From: Phoronis australis | Taxonomy: Eukaryota; Animalia; Phoronida | Assembly (NCBI GenBank): GCA_002633005.1 | Contig: NMRA01000026.1 | Location: 490,434-554,433, forward strand | Length of the DNA stretch: 64,000 nucleotides | Direction: 5' to 3' | Shown here: positions 1 through 13,660 of the stretch, one piece after another | Numbering within the stretch: the first letter of the stretch is position 1 | How the letters are laid out: each line of letters begins with the position of its first letter | The notes under the pieces: model-generated | The model's database searches: none | What the model saw: only the letters and a program-made list of their open reading frames with translations | Told to the model about the DNA's origin: nothing | Position numbers and translations under genes: made by a program

Positions 1-228
1 AAACTGGCTTTTATGAGCAATTTACTGCCAGAGTCAATTACTTAAAATTAGCAATGAATAGCCTGTTGTCATCTGAATGAGTTGAGGTATGTACTGCTTG
101 CAGTGTTCTGCAAACCTGTGAGGACTTCTCGGGTGAAAACAAGAATGGCCAAAAGTCAAAATATTACCTTATGAAAATCTGTTAAAATGTCTTGATAAGG
201 GAGTTCACATGACGAAGTGAGCTGGCGT

Positions 229-370
229 GCGTTCAGTAGATGCTAGGACCTACGCTAGGACCTAGCTAAAATCTAGTCAAGGTCATGTGTTCTCATTTAA
301 AATACACGGCAATACCTCACGTAATCTCGAGAAGTCTTGCTTTTTAGCGAGGTCCTAGCGTTACCGAACG
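229..370. mobile_element. Short palindromic MITE
   Basis: Inverted ends gcgttcagtagatgctaggacctacgcta / tagcgaggtcctagcgttaccgaacg. Confidence 0.5.
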
Positions 371-994
371 GGAGCCTGGTCAAGTGGATATAGTGTTCCA
401 TTATTTCCTGTAAGTTTCGTGAAACGTCGAGACGAGTAAAAAGGTTATGATCCGCAATCTCTGTAGTCCCAAATTTTTCCTAGGATGTATGGGTGAGGCT
501 GTCGAAGCATGATACTTACTATGGGTACTGGGTAGGGGCTTACCTACATAAATCATAGGTCACTGTCACTCAGAAAAGAGCAATGACAATGGATGTGAAA
601 TGGACTGAAAGACAATTTTTCAAATTTGCAAGTTATTACAATGTAACAACTGTCGCAGCTGTCTGTCTCTGGACCTACATGATGGTAATGGCCTCTTAGC
701 ACAGGCAGAAAGAATAGAAAACTACTCTTTAATATTTTGCACATCACTATGTCTAAATTATGGGAGAAAGGCTTCATATAAAACAGAGCATCTATTAATT
801 TAGTCTGTTGGAAATCATGAGTGAAAATGGGTGAAACTCAAAGAAGCCGTCTTCACATAAATCTAGGTGTTACTGTATGTGCATTGATTGGTGTAACACT
901 ACACTGTCGTCAGATGGTCAATGCCATGTAAATTAGATGCGTGTATAAGATCTAAAACTAATACTAACTTGCGAAGCAGCGTTTTAGTATATGA

Positions 995-1206
995 TGGTGG
1001 TTTGGTTTGGTTTGATGCATGAACGGATGACTGTGCTTTCAGCTTGTAGCAGCGAGGCTATTCAGGCATGTAGGACCGGTTAGTAGCGGCCTCTAGAGGA
1101 TGAGGGGGATTTTCACTTTTGCTTGAAATGCCTCGCGTCTGAACATGTTCACAGTGACAGTGTCTTTTCGCAAGGTTAAACACCTTCCACTACGCCTCCC
1201 GCAGCA
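995..1206 (-). mobile_element. Possible degenerate tRNA-derived SINE
   Basis: The minus strand begins with an A-box-like GGCGTAGTGG, has a weak B-box-like GTTCAGACGC, and ends in an (AAACC)n tail. Confidence 0.3.
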
Positions 1207-4200
1207 ATGAAGAAGTACCTCCTGTTACAGCTAGGTGGTGCTAACAGTCAACTGTAATACTCGATCAGCCCATGTTCCTTCCTGAATGTCTCCAACAATC
1301 TAAATGTGTTTTTATTATTTATCTCAACGCAATTAGGTATGAAATTTTGGGTTTTGCCCACATCTTCTAGGTACCGGCAGTGCCTGTCAACAAAGATTTT
1401 CTACTTAAAGTTTGTTGCCTATGTTTAGACTAAGGTTTATTTCAGTCTCGCACATGGAGTCAGTAACAATTCTTCAATTTGGGGAAAAATTGCGAATCGT
1501 GCCATATTTCTTTTTCAAAGGCTTACCTCATTTCAAATGCTCAAATTTATATCAAATGTTGTTTTGTTATAGCTACACCATACAGTTAAGAAATTTGACA
1601 AAATAAAATTTCAACTGTCCGTCATTCATGTGGTGTCTGAAAGTGAAGAATTTTTACTGTAGGTGGTGGCATCATGGCAACACCTCAAAAAATTCTCTTT
1701 GTAAGCCAATACTCGGCGCCACCCTCTGTCTGAATTTTTAGTTTCTTATTCCGTTCACTCCATATTTTATCCCTTATGGTATTGCATTTATTAGAAGAAT
1801 GTTAAAAGGTAGGATCGTTTTTTGCGGTTTCAATGCTTATGTTTGTACGCTAATTCTCCACTTGTTCGCTCAAAAATAATTATACCAATTTTCAATGGCG
1901 GATTACCTCGCTGCAGATAACAAGAGCTCTGCCAAATGTTGTTTTATGACATTTACACAGTACAAATCAAGCCAGCATTAGATCAACATTTTCATAATCT
2001 TCATTCTTGTGGAGAAAACTGGAAACATGGAATTTCACTGGTCGGCCATGTTGTGTGCAAAAATAGTGAAGACTTGCCACAGCCCAACTTTTGTAACGTC
2101 ATGCGTGCTTGTTTATTTATTATTTCTGGCAAGTTTCCAACTTTCTTCATTCTTGGTTTGAATTCATCATGCACCCACAACTATACCCTCGTTTAGTGTA
2201 TTTTGCACCACCTTTTATCGTCAACATTAATTGTATATCATGTAAAGTATGATACTTAATTATCGTTCGTCTCTCTTTGATTTTTCACGAGTTCTTTCTT
2301 AGTCTCTTTTTCAAACAAAACTTGCTTGCATTATTCCTTTTGATCAGTTTCCATCTTTGTGGTTTCTCAAAAAATGACAACATTAAATTTCAAACAGGGA
2401 AACGCTCCTGTCTCTTAAATTAGGATACATGTCCTTCAGTTTAAAGCATTGAATGCTTTGCCTCCGGGAAATGTAAGCTATTGTCAGTGTCTAAAATTAT
2501 GAAATGTTTTTCCAAAGGAGAAATGGTGAATCGCGTATTTAATGAAAATGATTACGTTTTCAGCAAAATTGAAGAGAATGGATATGAAATTAGTAGTGTC
2601 TATTGTTCATCACAATTTTTCTTCCTCGTTGTAGACGTTCCTTAATTTACTTTAGTGTTGAGGTCTGAAATTCTGAGGTGTTTCTCAAATATTTACCACA
2701 TGGTATAGATTGGTTAGATAACAATATGGGTTCTACAGTGTAAACAGGTAGTGCTGTATTTGTATTCCAAGGCAACTATTGGAAATCGTTAGCTGGTTCC
2801 CCTCTCTCTCTCCACATTCAGCACAGCAGGGCGGGGGTCACATAGTCTTGCTCACTGATTAACTGATGTAGGAAGTATTGCGCACCTGAGTTGAATCTAA
2901 TTAGAGCCCATGTGTAGATCGTTTTACCTCCCCCAGCACTTTGTTATCTCTGAATATTGCGAATATGCTTAAAGCTGTTATGAACATCCTTCTATCAAAA
3001 AATAACTGTTGTCTTGGACCGCTTGTCGACCCTCACTCGTCTGAGGGGAAAGGTGCCTTTGCCTTCTGAGAGGGGAATTTTTTGTTTGAGTTATGTTAAT
3101 GACACATCTTAGGTACTTAATGGCAGGCACAGGATTGACCTTCATACTTTTATATGCATTTGTGTACATTTTTTGGTAAAATGTCCTGTTTTGATTTTCC
3201 AAGAACTTCCAACATTGTTGTGTCCACAGTTTTTCGAAATATTGTCTGATGGTAACTTGAAAGTGACAAAACATTAAATTACAATTCATTCTACTTATTT
3301 TTCATTAAAAAAATGGGAAAATGAAATTTCCTCTGCCATATTCCGACTTAAGTTGGTAAGATTTTACGCGGTTCCAGATGTTTACCTTATTGATTATTGT
3401 AGTGTTGAGTGGATGGGTACATGTGCTGGTACCTCTCAGGTCAGTCACCGCACATGCCACTGTGAAAGTGTCTGTGCTGGCTTAGCTAGCTGTGAGAACC
3501 AGTACAGATAGGACCTCAGAAACACCTTTGCTATGCACTAAACTTGTCTTTCTCTGGGTTTGTTTTGGTTACCATGTGCCCATGCTCAGTTATAATTCAT
3601 GCACCTCAGTTACAGGTGAACATGTGTGTTTTTTGATGTGACGTTAAAAATACGTTACCCTGGTTATTTTTGGATAAATAACATTCAGTGTTGACAACTC
3701 CCCCTATGGTGCAATAGAGTGCATCTTGATTGTAATTTCACTTCCTTTGAGCAAACACAATGTCCTACTCGCTATTGAACACAGTCTGCTGAGCACAGTC
3801 TGCGCCAGTCATTCGAGTTTTGTGAACGGGTCCTTTATGTCATTTACCATTGTTCCGTGGATGGTGAATCCATGAACAGTAATTAATGTGGAAAATATCT
3901 CTCCAGAATAATCAAGGATCTGTATTTTACTTGGAAATGAAAATCAGAAATGACTGCTTTGTTTCCCTGGTTGTAACAGTTTGTACAGCCATAAAATATT
4001 ACGGATTTATTGCACCATGTGTTTCTTCAGATATGAAAACTTCTGATATTGTATAGCATTTATAGAAGAGTTGTGGTTTAATTAATCCCTCAGATATTCT
4101 TCATTTCAAAGATTAGATGTTAATCAATTTATAATAGTTGTATGTACGCATTAAAAACTCACAAAAGTAAGCTTTGCTTCCTGATTTTGTGGCATTCCTC

Positions 4201-6782
4201 AATGAGGGTTATTCATGAGTTATTCTCCACAAAAAGGATTGACAAAATTGTAATTTTTCTCAAGCTGATCACTTTACAACAATTAATGGAAAATTTACCA
4301 GAAGTTTTTTATGACATCAACATGTAGTACATACAAACATATTAGCAGTAGACTAAAATTTTCTTAATCTTTATTTTTGTGGAAAAGAATGAGGAAATAG
4401 AATTTCACTTGTCGGCCATATTGTGCGACAAATAAGTGAGGAACTACCTAAATATCAACTGCTCAGTTGATCACTTGACCATTTACAGAGGAACTTCATC
4501 TCAAGTGGTGTATTACAGAATTGATAGTATTAACCAATGACGTAGGACTTTAGGTAGGCGGACTCAGTTCCAACAGCCAACAACACATCTCCATGTTTGT
4601 TAATCTGTTTAAAAATGGGTTATCTGCAGGTCAAGAAAGTGTAGTTTGATAAACTCGCAGACTGTGTTTCATTTTCAACTGTGAACAGGGACAAGCTCCT
4701 GGGGATTTTGCCCTGACCACATCCAAATATTTGCGGTGCATTCTGGAGTTCTGAGGGCTGAGTTTCAACACACTGATGGATTTCAGATCTTAACTTAACA
4801 TCTCAGTTTCAACTCGAGAGACTAACTGGAGCATAGATTTACTTATGAACACCTGTTTAGATGGCAGTTTTAACCTGGGGTGACAGGACAATTGTTACTG
4901 TTAGACTAAAACTGGAATTACATAGCATCAAGACCCTTGGCACAGTTCCCTGTTCATATGTATTCAAACACTGAGCTCCACCAACTACAGTTGTTTGAAA
5001 TCTCTGAGCCTGTTCAAAATCTTGAAGCTCATTGAAAAACTGTGCTTTTTCTGCTTTATAAGTGGACAAATGACAGCCTTCTGTTTTATTTTTTAAGTGA
5101 TAGTGACGTTATCACCCAACAGTTGTGTCTTTGATTTACCAGATTTAGAGATTAGGATGCGATAACACGTAAACTGAATTTTGAGCCTCGTTTGAAAGAA
5201 AACCGCGATGATACGGGGAAAGTTCACTAACGTGTTGTTGCACAATAGTAACTGAGATTCCCATCACCGTGAAGCCAGTTCTATCATGGAGTCTCAACAA
5301 TTTTGGGAAAAACAATTGCAGCGATGAATCTTTTTTATGTTAAGTCTTCTGACATTGTTGTGAGTGTGTGGAATTTTTCAAGACATTTTGTGATGGTGGC
5401 TCTATGTAAAACTTACAAATAAATAGTCAAGCTTTTATTTGGTGCCGTATTTTATTTTAATTCAATGGTGGCCATTTTGCTAAATTTTATTTAACTTCAG
5501 TGGCGGTCATTTTGCTAAGAAACGATTCGGCGAGATTTCTTTGATTTCAATCAAAAAGGAATTTGTCGAAATTGCCATTTTCCCATTCATCAATGGTTTA
5601 ATAATTGATATTTCCATATGCAGGGTGTTGTTATGCTTTATTGCATACATCTGTGCGGTGCATATCTAGTGATGTAATTTTCCTATATTTGTTTGGAACT
5701 AAAATAAAAAGTTCTGTCATCGGCAGTTCGTGTTTCACAGGAATTTTCTTACTTACCGCAGATTTTCTGTTAATCAAAGTGACAATTTTTATTATGTTCC
5801 AAGTGCTGGATTCTGACGCTAAACGAAACAAATTACTATCAGCTAATTACATGTTAATTGTGTGTCTTGCGTCATCACAGGTAAATTGTCAATCACAAAG
5901 CGTTTAGTAGAGTTGCTGAAGCTGACCAATCAAATCATTAATAAGATTGACCTGTTTCTGTGTTAAGTACATTTGACTAGTGAATGACTTGCCACCTAGG
6001 AACCTGTTTTCTTCTTCTGGTGTCCAAGAGTCTTTGTTATTTTGTGAAAACTCTGTTGTCCGTTAAGCTTAAGATAACAGTGTGGTTTTGTGTTTTTAGT
6101 GATACCAGGTTACTGGAGCTTAAACAGGAAAGGTGTTAGTATTCTTGTTCAATAGGTTTCATTTCAAAGCCGATTTCAGACTAGTGGCATTCTGGGCTGA
6201 AAAGTTGCTCAACGTTACATCTGCTGACATTAAAATTGCATGTGTGAATGACTCGTAACATGTTGCGCGATGAAAGATTGTGGTAATAAGATAAAAAGAT
6301 AAGCAGAAATGTAGGATAAAAAATGGCAGGGAACTTGAGGCTAATCTTTAATAGACAAATCTTTCGTTTAGTCCTGGCACGTACGTTTTGTGAACATAAT
6401 GCACGTCTTACCAGCTTGTAAAGTTTAATGTCCTGTATTTTGTTGAAAGGTGCTTTACTGACTGACTGCCGCTTTTGGTTTATTTCAAATACGTTGTTGT
6501 ATTTGATAACATCTTTAGCAGCGTTGGTGAAATCAGGATACGTAATCAAACGGTGTCATCCTGACTAGCATGACTTAACAAATTCCGATGTCATCTCTAG
6601 TTCAGATCATTTTGACTTATCGTGAATTTGGCGTAAATTCAGTTTGCGATTTATTGCTGGTCATGTCTGGTGCTCATACAGTGCAAGGTAAAAGTAATCG
6701 GACAAAATATTGTTGGCATCATGACAGCTGATCCTGTTAACAGCAAAAAAGACTGATAATAACTATTAGGGCAGCAAAATTC

Positions 6783-7147
6783 TAATTACATAACGGCTTG
6801 GTCCCCTTACTAACTTATTACAGAATGGCTTAGTCACCTTACTAATTACAGAATGGCTTAGTCACCTTACTAACTAATTACAGAATGGCTTGGTCACCTT
6901 ACTAACTTATTACAGAATGGCTTAGTCACCTTACTAATTACAGAATGGCTTAGTCACCTTACTAACTAATTACAGAATGGCTTGGTCACCTTACTAACTA
7001 ATTACAGAACGGCTTGGTCACCTTACTAACTTATTACAGATTGGCTTAGTCACCTTACTAACTTATTACAGAAGGGCTTAGTCACCTTACTAACTAATTA
7101 CAGAATGGCTTAGTCACCTTACTAATTAATTACAGAATGACTTAGTT
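6783..7147. repeat. Minisatellite, 31-35 bp unit, about 11 copies
   Basis: Head-to-tail copies of taattacagaatggcttagtcaccttactaac with no unique spacers. Confidence 0.95.
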
Positions 7148-7790
7148 TCCTCTAAGTTCCCATTCATTGTCAGTCATCAGGGGAGACTACTCTGATGATG
7201 AACTCGGCTTCCACCCAAAATATGCTTGGGTTGTAATGTATATATGCAACAGTACAAAGTCGAGCAAATTTTCGGTTGATGTGTCGTGCAACTTTTTGGC
7301 TGCTTGGAACAGGCTTTTAAGTGTCCGTGGACATTATTCTTCTATCAAGAACAATCAATGGCATCCAAGCTGTTTTTGTGTGACTCTTGCGCACTTTCTG
7401 GTGTCTAAATTGGTAGTTGTCAATACTAAATGTGAACTACAACCGAGTCCGCCTATCACGCTATTCATTTCAGACTTTCTACATCATCCTTGTGCCTATA
7501 GTGTTAATGAACATTTATCAAACTCAGTTATCTAGTTTCTCATTTTTGATAAATTGAATCCCTGATTGTGATATATAGAGTGATTAACTAAGGTGTATGA
7601 ATGATGGCTTTCCCTAGTTTCCCTAGGTGCCGCTAGTGTTGTATGGTTGTGTTTGACCACCAAAGGTCGCTTTTGGTCGGAGGGGGCGGGGGACTTGCTG
7701 TAACTGTTTAGTGAATACAGTGTGGTTTTGAATTCTCTGAAGTGTAGTTCATTTGTATCAGTTTGACCACAGCTACAGCCTTGGCAATAG

Positions 7791-7883
7791 TTGGATAAAA
7801 CGGGCCGTATTTTGAGAACCAGTTTGATGCCTGTTATTCATTGGAGAGAACTGGTTCTCAAAGTGCTGGCACGTTATATCCAA
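7791..7883. repeat. Imperfect hairpin / short MITE; related motif at about 13826-13895
   Basis: ttggataaaacg...ttttgagaaccagtt pairs with aactggttctcaaa...cgttatatccaa. Confidence 0.6.
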
Positions 7884-8799
7884 CCAATACCACAGCCTTT
7901 TTTGTTGCTGAGCCCATGGACCAAGTTTTAGAGCCACAATCTCTTAGTTTGGTGGTTTCCCAAACTGATGTTTTTCCACGAGTTTCAGTCAGATACGAGG
8001 CTTTTTTCAGTCAGTCATCTGGTCACATATTTATTTCTCTTTATGGAAACTCTGGTCTGTTGAAACTCCGTTGCAACTCTCCTTGGCTTTCCACTAACCC
8101 TGGCTAGTGGCATTGGTGTTATCACTAGTTATCTGGATTACAGCACCAGATGGCGAAGTTGATTCACGCGTTCAGTGTGTGTTGCTTGTCACGACTTCTC
8201 GCGATTACTTACTTCGTAGTGGATTTACCCTTTCTCACTGAAGGGGAGTTGTGCAACTCTGGAGTTTAATCCACCGATTTTGATAGGATTTGCGACAACA
8301 GTGTAATTTAATGGGACATTGTCGTTTTTGCACCTGAAAATGTGGGATTATTGTTAAATGGAATACAGATAGACATTTTGAAGTTCAGAGCTGTAAAACA
8401 ACAAAATCCATCATGTTTTTTGATTTGATTACTAATCGACAGTTCTTGCCACTTTCTGCCAGACATATTCACTGAAATCAAGACCAGTGTCTACGATTTT
8501 ATTAGGCTTTCTGCTATTTAACGCCTGAGATTTGTCTCAGCAACACAGTGTTCTGCTGTCTGCTGTCTGCTGCTACTGGGGAGTTTGTGGGTTTCATTCT
8601 GCGCCACTGCTATTTTCTGAAAATTTGTTTTTTAGCCGAGACCGTCCATTTAAGGCCAAATAGTTATGCTGTGGAAGTGACAAGTTCATTGAAATTGAGA
8701 ATACGAGAGTACAAGTTCACTATAAGTTTGTGTCCTTAAAATTCCAGGGTTCTAGGGTCTAACTTACATTTTAACCATTCTGTTCGTCTTCCCGTTAAA

Positions 8800-9200
8800 A
8801 AATGCATTTCACCTGGTCTAGCTGACTAAAAACAAAAATCAGGACTTTTACACTCATATAATCTATCTCTTAATATTTCCAGCGTGATAGGATTTTATTT
8901 GTGTTATAAAGAACATCCTAACCATCCTGGAGAATAGGTTCGTCCTTGGTCTCTAGAGGCATTGCATATAAAATGTTCACTTACAATCCTCACCATCATC
9001 GACTCAAGAAATTTATTGGGGTTTGTGCACCCTGAAATTGTAAGTTTGAAAATCCCGCATGTACGCATTACCTGCGAGTTGAGTCAGTTAGAAAAATAGA
9101 ATCCTATCATGGTAAGGAAAATTGTGAGACTGATTTTATTAGAGTAAAAGGACTAATTCACTCTTCATTTTTAGCTTGCTTAAAGATTAGAAAATGCAGC
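8800..9200. mobile_element. Old foldback/MITE with about 100-bp degenerate inverted arms
   Basis: tgataggattttattt (about 8885) vs aaatagaatcctatca (about 9095); cttttacactc vs gagtaaaag. Confidence 0.45.
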
Positions 9201-10643
9201 TTTGTATAATACACCAGGGCCCAGTTGCATCATAGATTATAGATAACAGATTCGCAACTCCGACATTTTCTTGCGTAATATCCTAGAGGAGGCGCCACTG
9301 TCCTAAATTACCTTGCCGGAAATAACACCAGATAATTTGGCCAAGTCTCGCTAGTGAATATGACGTCTTTGCTTCTGTAAGAGCACAGATTTCGTTCATT
9401 GAAAGTATATGTAATTGAAAGTATATGTAATTGGCGGTCCGTGTTGCATTATCACGCGCCACGTTGTTATTGTTGAACAATGCACATGACGTCATGCAAC
9501 AATGATACTTATCCAGTGTATAACTTTGAAGTTTTATGCAACTCAGCCCAGGAAAACATTTCCATGAAGGGAGAAACATCAACTTTTTGGCGTTTTCTGA
9601 AAGCAATAGCAGAAATACTATTTAATGACTGAGTAGAAAATAATTAATGCCATTAGAAAGAGTGGACCTTTGTGCACAGAATAGGGTCAGTTTTGTGACT
9701 TTCAATATCTGCATAAGTATTCTTTTAAACTCATGTGACTTCAGTGCACGCTATCAGAAATTCCCACGCGGTCACACTGTTTAGACCAAAATTTGAGTTA
9801 AAGCCCTATAATTTTCAAGTCACAATATTTCTTTAGTGTTAGAATTCATAGTGCTCATAGGTATAATTAATTTCTTCATTGGGGATCTGTGTTGCCTTGG
9901 TACAAGAGGTCTGCACCTCAGTCACACTGTGTCTTCCTGTTTTCCAGCTGTCTACCCCCAGGTAGACATGTTGTTATCTTCCCTTTGTATAGTACACAAC
10001 CTGTCCATATCCTTATGGGTCAATATGATAAGCCTAGCAGGTCATTACATAATAATTTTAAGCCAATAGTCAACAGCTTACTGCCACATGATGTGCTCTA
10101 GATGCCATGCAACTGAAGTATGGCAGAGGGGGACAAGGTTCCAATTTGTTTATTACAGTACAATCCCTACTGATTTGGGAAACTGTATGGCCGACGAGTG
10201 AAATTTTGTTTTCTCATTTTTCCATGGAAGATATGCAGCCCCAAATTAATGTTTTCTGTGTTCAAGTTCTGTACTATAGCTATCATCTGTATGCTTTGAG
10301 AAAATGTGGGCATTCACAACACTGCTAGGACCCCTTGAAAAATGGAAAAGGGCAATTTTAGCTATCATTTATTGGTCAAAAATTGATGAGCTTTTATGGT
10401 AAGGAATTCTTGTGAATGTGATCTAGGTTTATAGTGACCTGGAGGACGTCTGTCTAATGTCAACATCTGATGGCTAAACAACCTAAAGTTCAGTTCCTTT
10501 CTGCCATTGAGGCTAAATGTCTTTCATATACCAGGTACCAGGGCTGTGCCCTCACCACCTGAAGATAAAAGTGCATTTGCCGTTTGAGAGGAGAATGTTT
10601 TGGTTGAGGTGATACTCCCCTTCCCCCATTTCAATCCACCACT

Positions 10644-10745
10644 GAGACCTATTCCACCTGGAGACCTATTCCACCTGGAGACCTATTCCACCTAGAGACC
10701 TATTCCACCTGGAGACCTATTCCACCTGGAGACCTATTCCACCTG
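10644..10745. repeat. Minisatellite, 17 bp x 6
   Basis: gagacctattccacctg repeated six times. Confidence 0.95.
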
Positions 10746-11208
10746 GGTTGCCGTCATCTGTCGGCAATGCTGAAATATGCTCCAACAGTATCACTTTGCA
10801 GAACTGACTCTTACCTTATGAGGGGAATTTTTAATCATTGGAGGGGGATTTTTTTGCTTCATGAGGAGAATTTCGCGTAATTTTTAAGTATTTTTAATTG
10901 GGGAATGAAGCTGAATCCCAAAGTAGAGGCATCAAGGACGCTGCAGAGTAAATTGATGTAAATTAAACTTTGAAGTTACTTGTCCGGTACCTTTCAAACT
11001 GGCCTTGGAAGTTGGTGGACACCACAGTTTGATGTGTGGGTCATCGAAGATATCGCAAGCTTGTGCTCCAAAAGCATTATGCGGGCATCGTTTTTTCAAT
11101 TTCAAGTATTGTTTATGTGATCGGATAATAACTGAAATGAAATGCTTATAGTGGTAGACTGGTGAATATTTTGAAAAAAAATATTTGAAGTAATACTACA
11201 ATACCTGG

Positions 11209-11433
11209 CATTATAGACTGTGACACTTAGCCACATTATAGACTGTGACACTTAGCCACATTATAGACTGTGACACTTAGCCACATTATAGACTGTGACA
11301 CTTAGCCACATTATAGACTGTGACACTTAGTCACATTATAGACTGTGACACTTAGCCACATTATAGACTGTGACACTTAGTCACATTATAGACTGTGACA
11401 CTTAGCCACATTATAGACTGTGACACTTAGCCA
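11209..11433. repeat. Minisatellite, 25 bp x 9
   Basis: cattatagactgtgacacttagcca repeated nine times, near-identical. Confidence 0.95.
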
Positions 11434-11498
11434 CTGACTGTCCAAAGGTGTACTTAAGGAATTAATATTAAATAGCAAGTATGGTAATCTATGTTGAG

Positions 11499-11600
11499 AG
11501 TGACACTGACCTGTAGAGGACTGGTGTACGCTTTGACCTGGGAATGATCAGTGACACTGACCTGTAGAGGACTGGTGCCAAAATGCTTTGACCTGGGAAT
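11499..11600. repeat. Direct duplication of about 50 bp
   Basis: agtgacactgacctgtagaggactggtg...gctttgacctgggaat present twice. Confidence 0.85.
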
Positions 11601-13299
11601 TTAAGTTTTGAGGGATGAAAATTTGTTTTAACAACTCTGTCCTTGTGCTCAGCCAGGAACTAAGGAATAGGCTCAATTTGTGATAATGGAGGGCATCTTC
11701 TTAAATTAAATCTCGCTAATTTAGAACACAATATAGTAGATGGGTGAAATCTTTGTTCACCATTTCTTTGATAAAAGATAAGTAAATTCAAATTAATACC
11801 TTCCATTAAATAACATATTGTATAGTTGTGGGCTGTCGCAACACGGAAAAGAAATAAAGAAATTAAAGCTACATTTCACCCCTGTGTTGAAGATTTGTTT
11901 AACGATGTTGTGTTTTGGTGTTTAAAATCATTGCAACGGTACTCCGACCTTGAATTAGTCAGCAACTCAAGTCACAGGCAAAGCGTACGTGTGCCATTTT
12001 TAAACCACAGTTTTAGAGTTGGCCAGCCACAATAAACTAATTGAAGCATTTTCTTGAACCGGTCAGGGTTTTGATGTTCTCGTTGGCAACGGAAAATAGA
12101 ACCCTGTCGCTGTGAGGAATACTGATGGGGCTGGTTTTATGATTGAGTGAAAGGCCTAATGCGATTTTCACTTGAAGCCAGCTGACCAGGAGAAAGCGAA
12201 GCTTAAGTTTGGCATATATTTTTATCCGAAATTGGTGAGGTTTACTATAATTCTGCAGGAACACTATCTACTTTGTGCCCATTGTTTTGATTGTTTTGGA
12301 AAAATCATTTGGGAGGTTAGGGACTGAGGGGTTTGGCAGAGCCAGCGACTGTCCCGATTTTGACTAACAAGAAAGGTCAAAGGTTGACTGAGGCCAATTC
12401 AATTTATGGAATTAGAATTTTACTACAAGACTAAAATACAATTTATGTCTATGATTAGGGGAAAAAATCGTGCATGAACCAGTGACATGGTTTAGACCAG
12501 AAACAACGGAAATTTAAGTTAAGTGTGGCTGTACGACAAGGATCTACACAGGAATCGTTGGGAGGTTCAGGCATTTGAGCACTGTTATAAAAACCTCCAA
12601 CAATGTGGTTGGAAGATAAATAGTGAACTTGCCTGAGGATACACACTAGGGCAGTGTTAAGTGGGAACTGTTGGAGCAACTAACAACACAATGGGTGTTG
12701 CGGTTTGTGCAATCGATTTGTGGTCCCTGCCACCTCAGTTTATGGCACACAGAGATTGGATCAAGTACAATGCCTGTTCATTTGCGGTCCATTCGTGTGA
12801 AGAACAATTTGAAGCGCACGTAGGGCCGTTCCGGATTACACAGCGAAACTCGAATCTCGCTGTATTTACCCACAATGCCATAAACATCCGTCAGGCACAT
12901 TTGCTGCCTTGTTTTCATGCCATTGTTGTTTCACATGTTATTTGTTGTTGGCTGATTCTTTACAAGTTTTTCTCGGATTCATTACTCTGTTCGTCCTTCC
13001 AATGCTAATTAAGTGTCCTGCTGTGTTGTGGACTGCAACTCCAGTGATCTGAAATTCTTCGCCTTCGTGACATCATTGAGAGACAGGAGAATGTGCCTGA
13101 TTTCCAAAACGAGGTCACACACTTTCTTATCTCCGGGACAAAGGAGAGTTCTTTCACTGTTAATTTTAATTTGTCAAATTTCTTGTCCAAATGTTTATGA
13201 GAAAAAGTGCGACTTAATTCATGAATAGCATATGGATTGTACTTAAAATCTTGTAAAATATTGAACATCTTGCAAGGTAATCAGCTTTTGAGAAATTGA

Positions 13300-13530
13300 A
13301 AAATGCAGGGAGATTTATGTAGCAGAAACATAGCAACTGTATGGATTATCAATATGCTGTTGCAGCCCAGACTGCCCTTGAATGCCTCCAGGCTTCTGTG
13401 GTCTGACATGGCCAAAGATATTTCACATGGATGCAGTCAACCTTTTGAGGTCAAACTATCCAAACAAACTTCTTTAAACAGGCTTGACCAGATTCAGTGG
13501 AAATCCTTGAGAGCTGTATTGAACATAGAC
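13300..13530 (+). mobile_element. Degenerate non-LTR retrotransposon ORF2 fragment (post-RT region)
   Basis: ...SHGCS...KQTSLNRLDQIQWKSLRAVL resembles the 'YG...L..LD.IQ..ALR' motif of LINE ORF2. Confidence 0.4.
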
Positions 13531-13555
13531 TGTAATGGGGTAACAGGGTAACACA

Positions 13556-13660
13556 CACATCTGCTTGCCTTTGAACACGTCTGCCTGCCAGTGAACACTT
13601 CTGCCATCTGCCTGTCAGTGAACACTTTTGCCGGCCAGCCAACACGTCTGCCTGCTAGTG
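13556..13660. repeat. Degenerate tandem repeat of about 20 bp
   Basis: Variants of gaacacgtctgcctgccagt. Confidence 0.7.

Noticed and set aside
6588-6687. Possible signal exon MSSLVQIILTY...HTVQ with a phase-1 donor
   Set aside because: The hydrophobic core is broken by charged residues and the donor GTAAAA is weak.
6783-7147. CRISPR-like array
   Set aside because: Units are contiguous with no unique spacers, there are no cas genes and the context is eukaryotic; it is a minisatellite. The same applies to 10644-10745, 11209-11433 and 16107-16348.
8150-8270. Signal-like ORF MAKLIHAFSVCCLSRLLAITYFVV
   Set aside because: No convincing phase-1 GT donor (G|GGGAGT) before the stop codon.
9850-10120. 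Possible LINE C-terminal relic on the minus strand (VDYWLKI)
   Set aside because: A single short motif among many stops; too weak to call.
13013-13228. THAP-like start SCCVVDC...FFAF
   Set aside because: No ATG, and the conserved Pro, Trp and CxxHF residues are missing.
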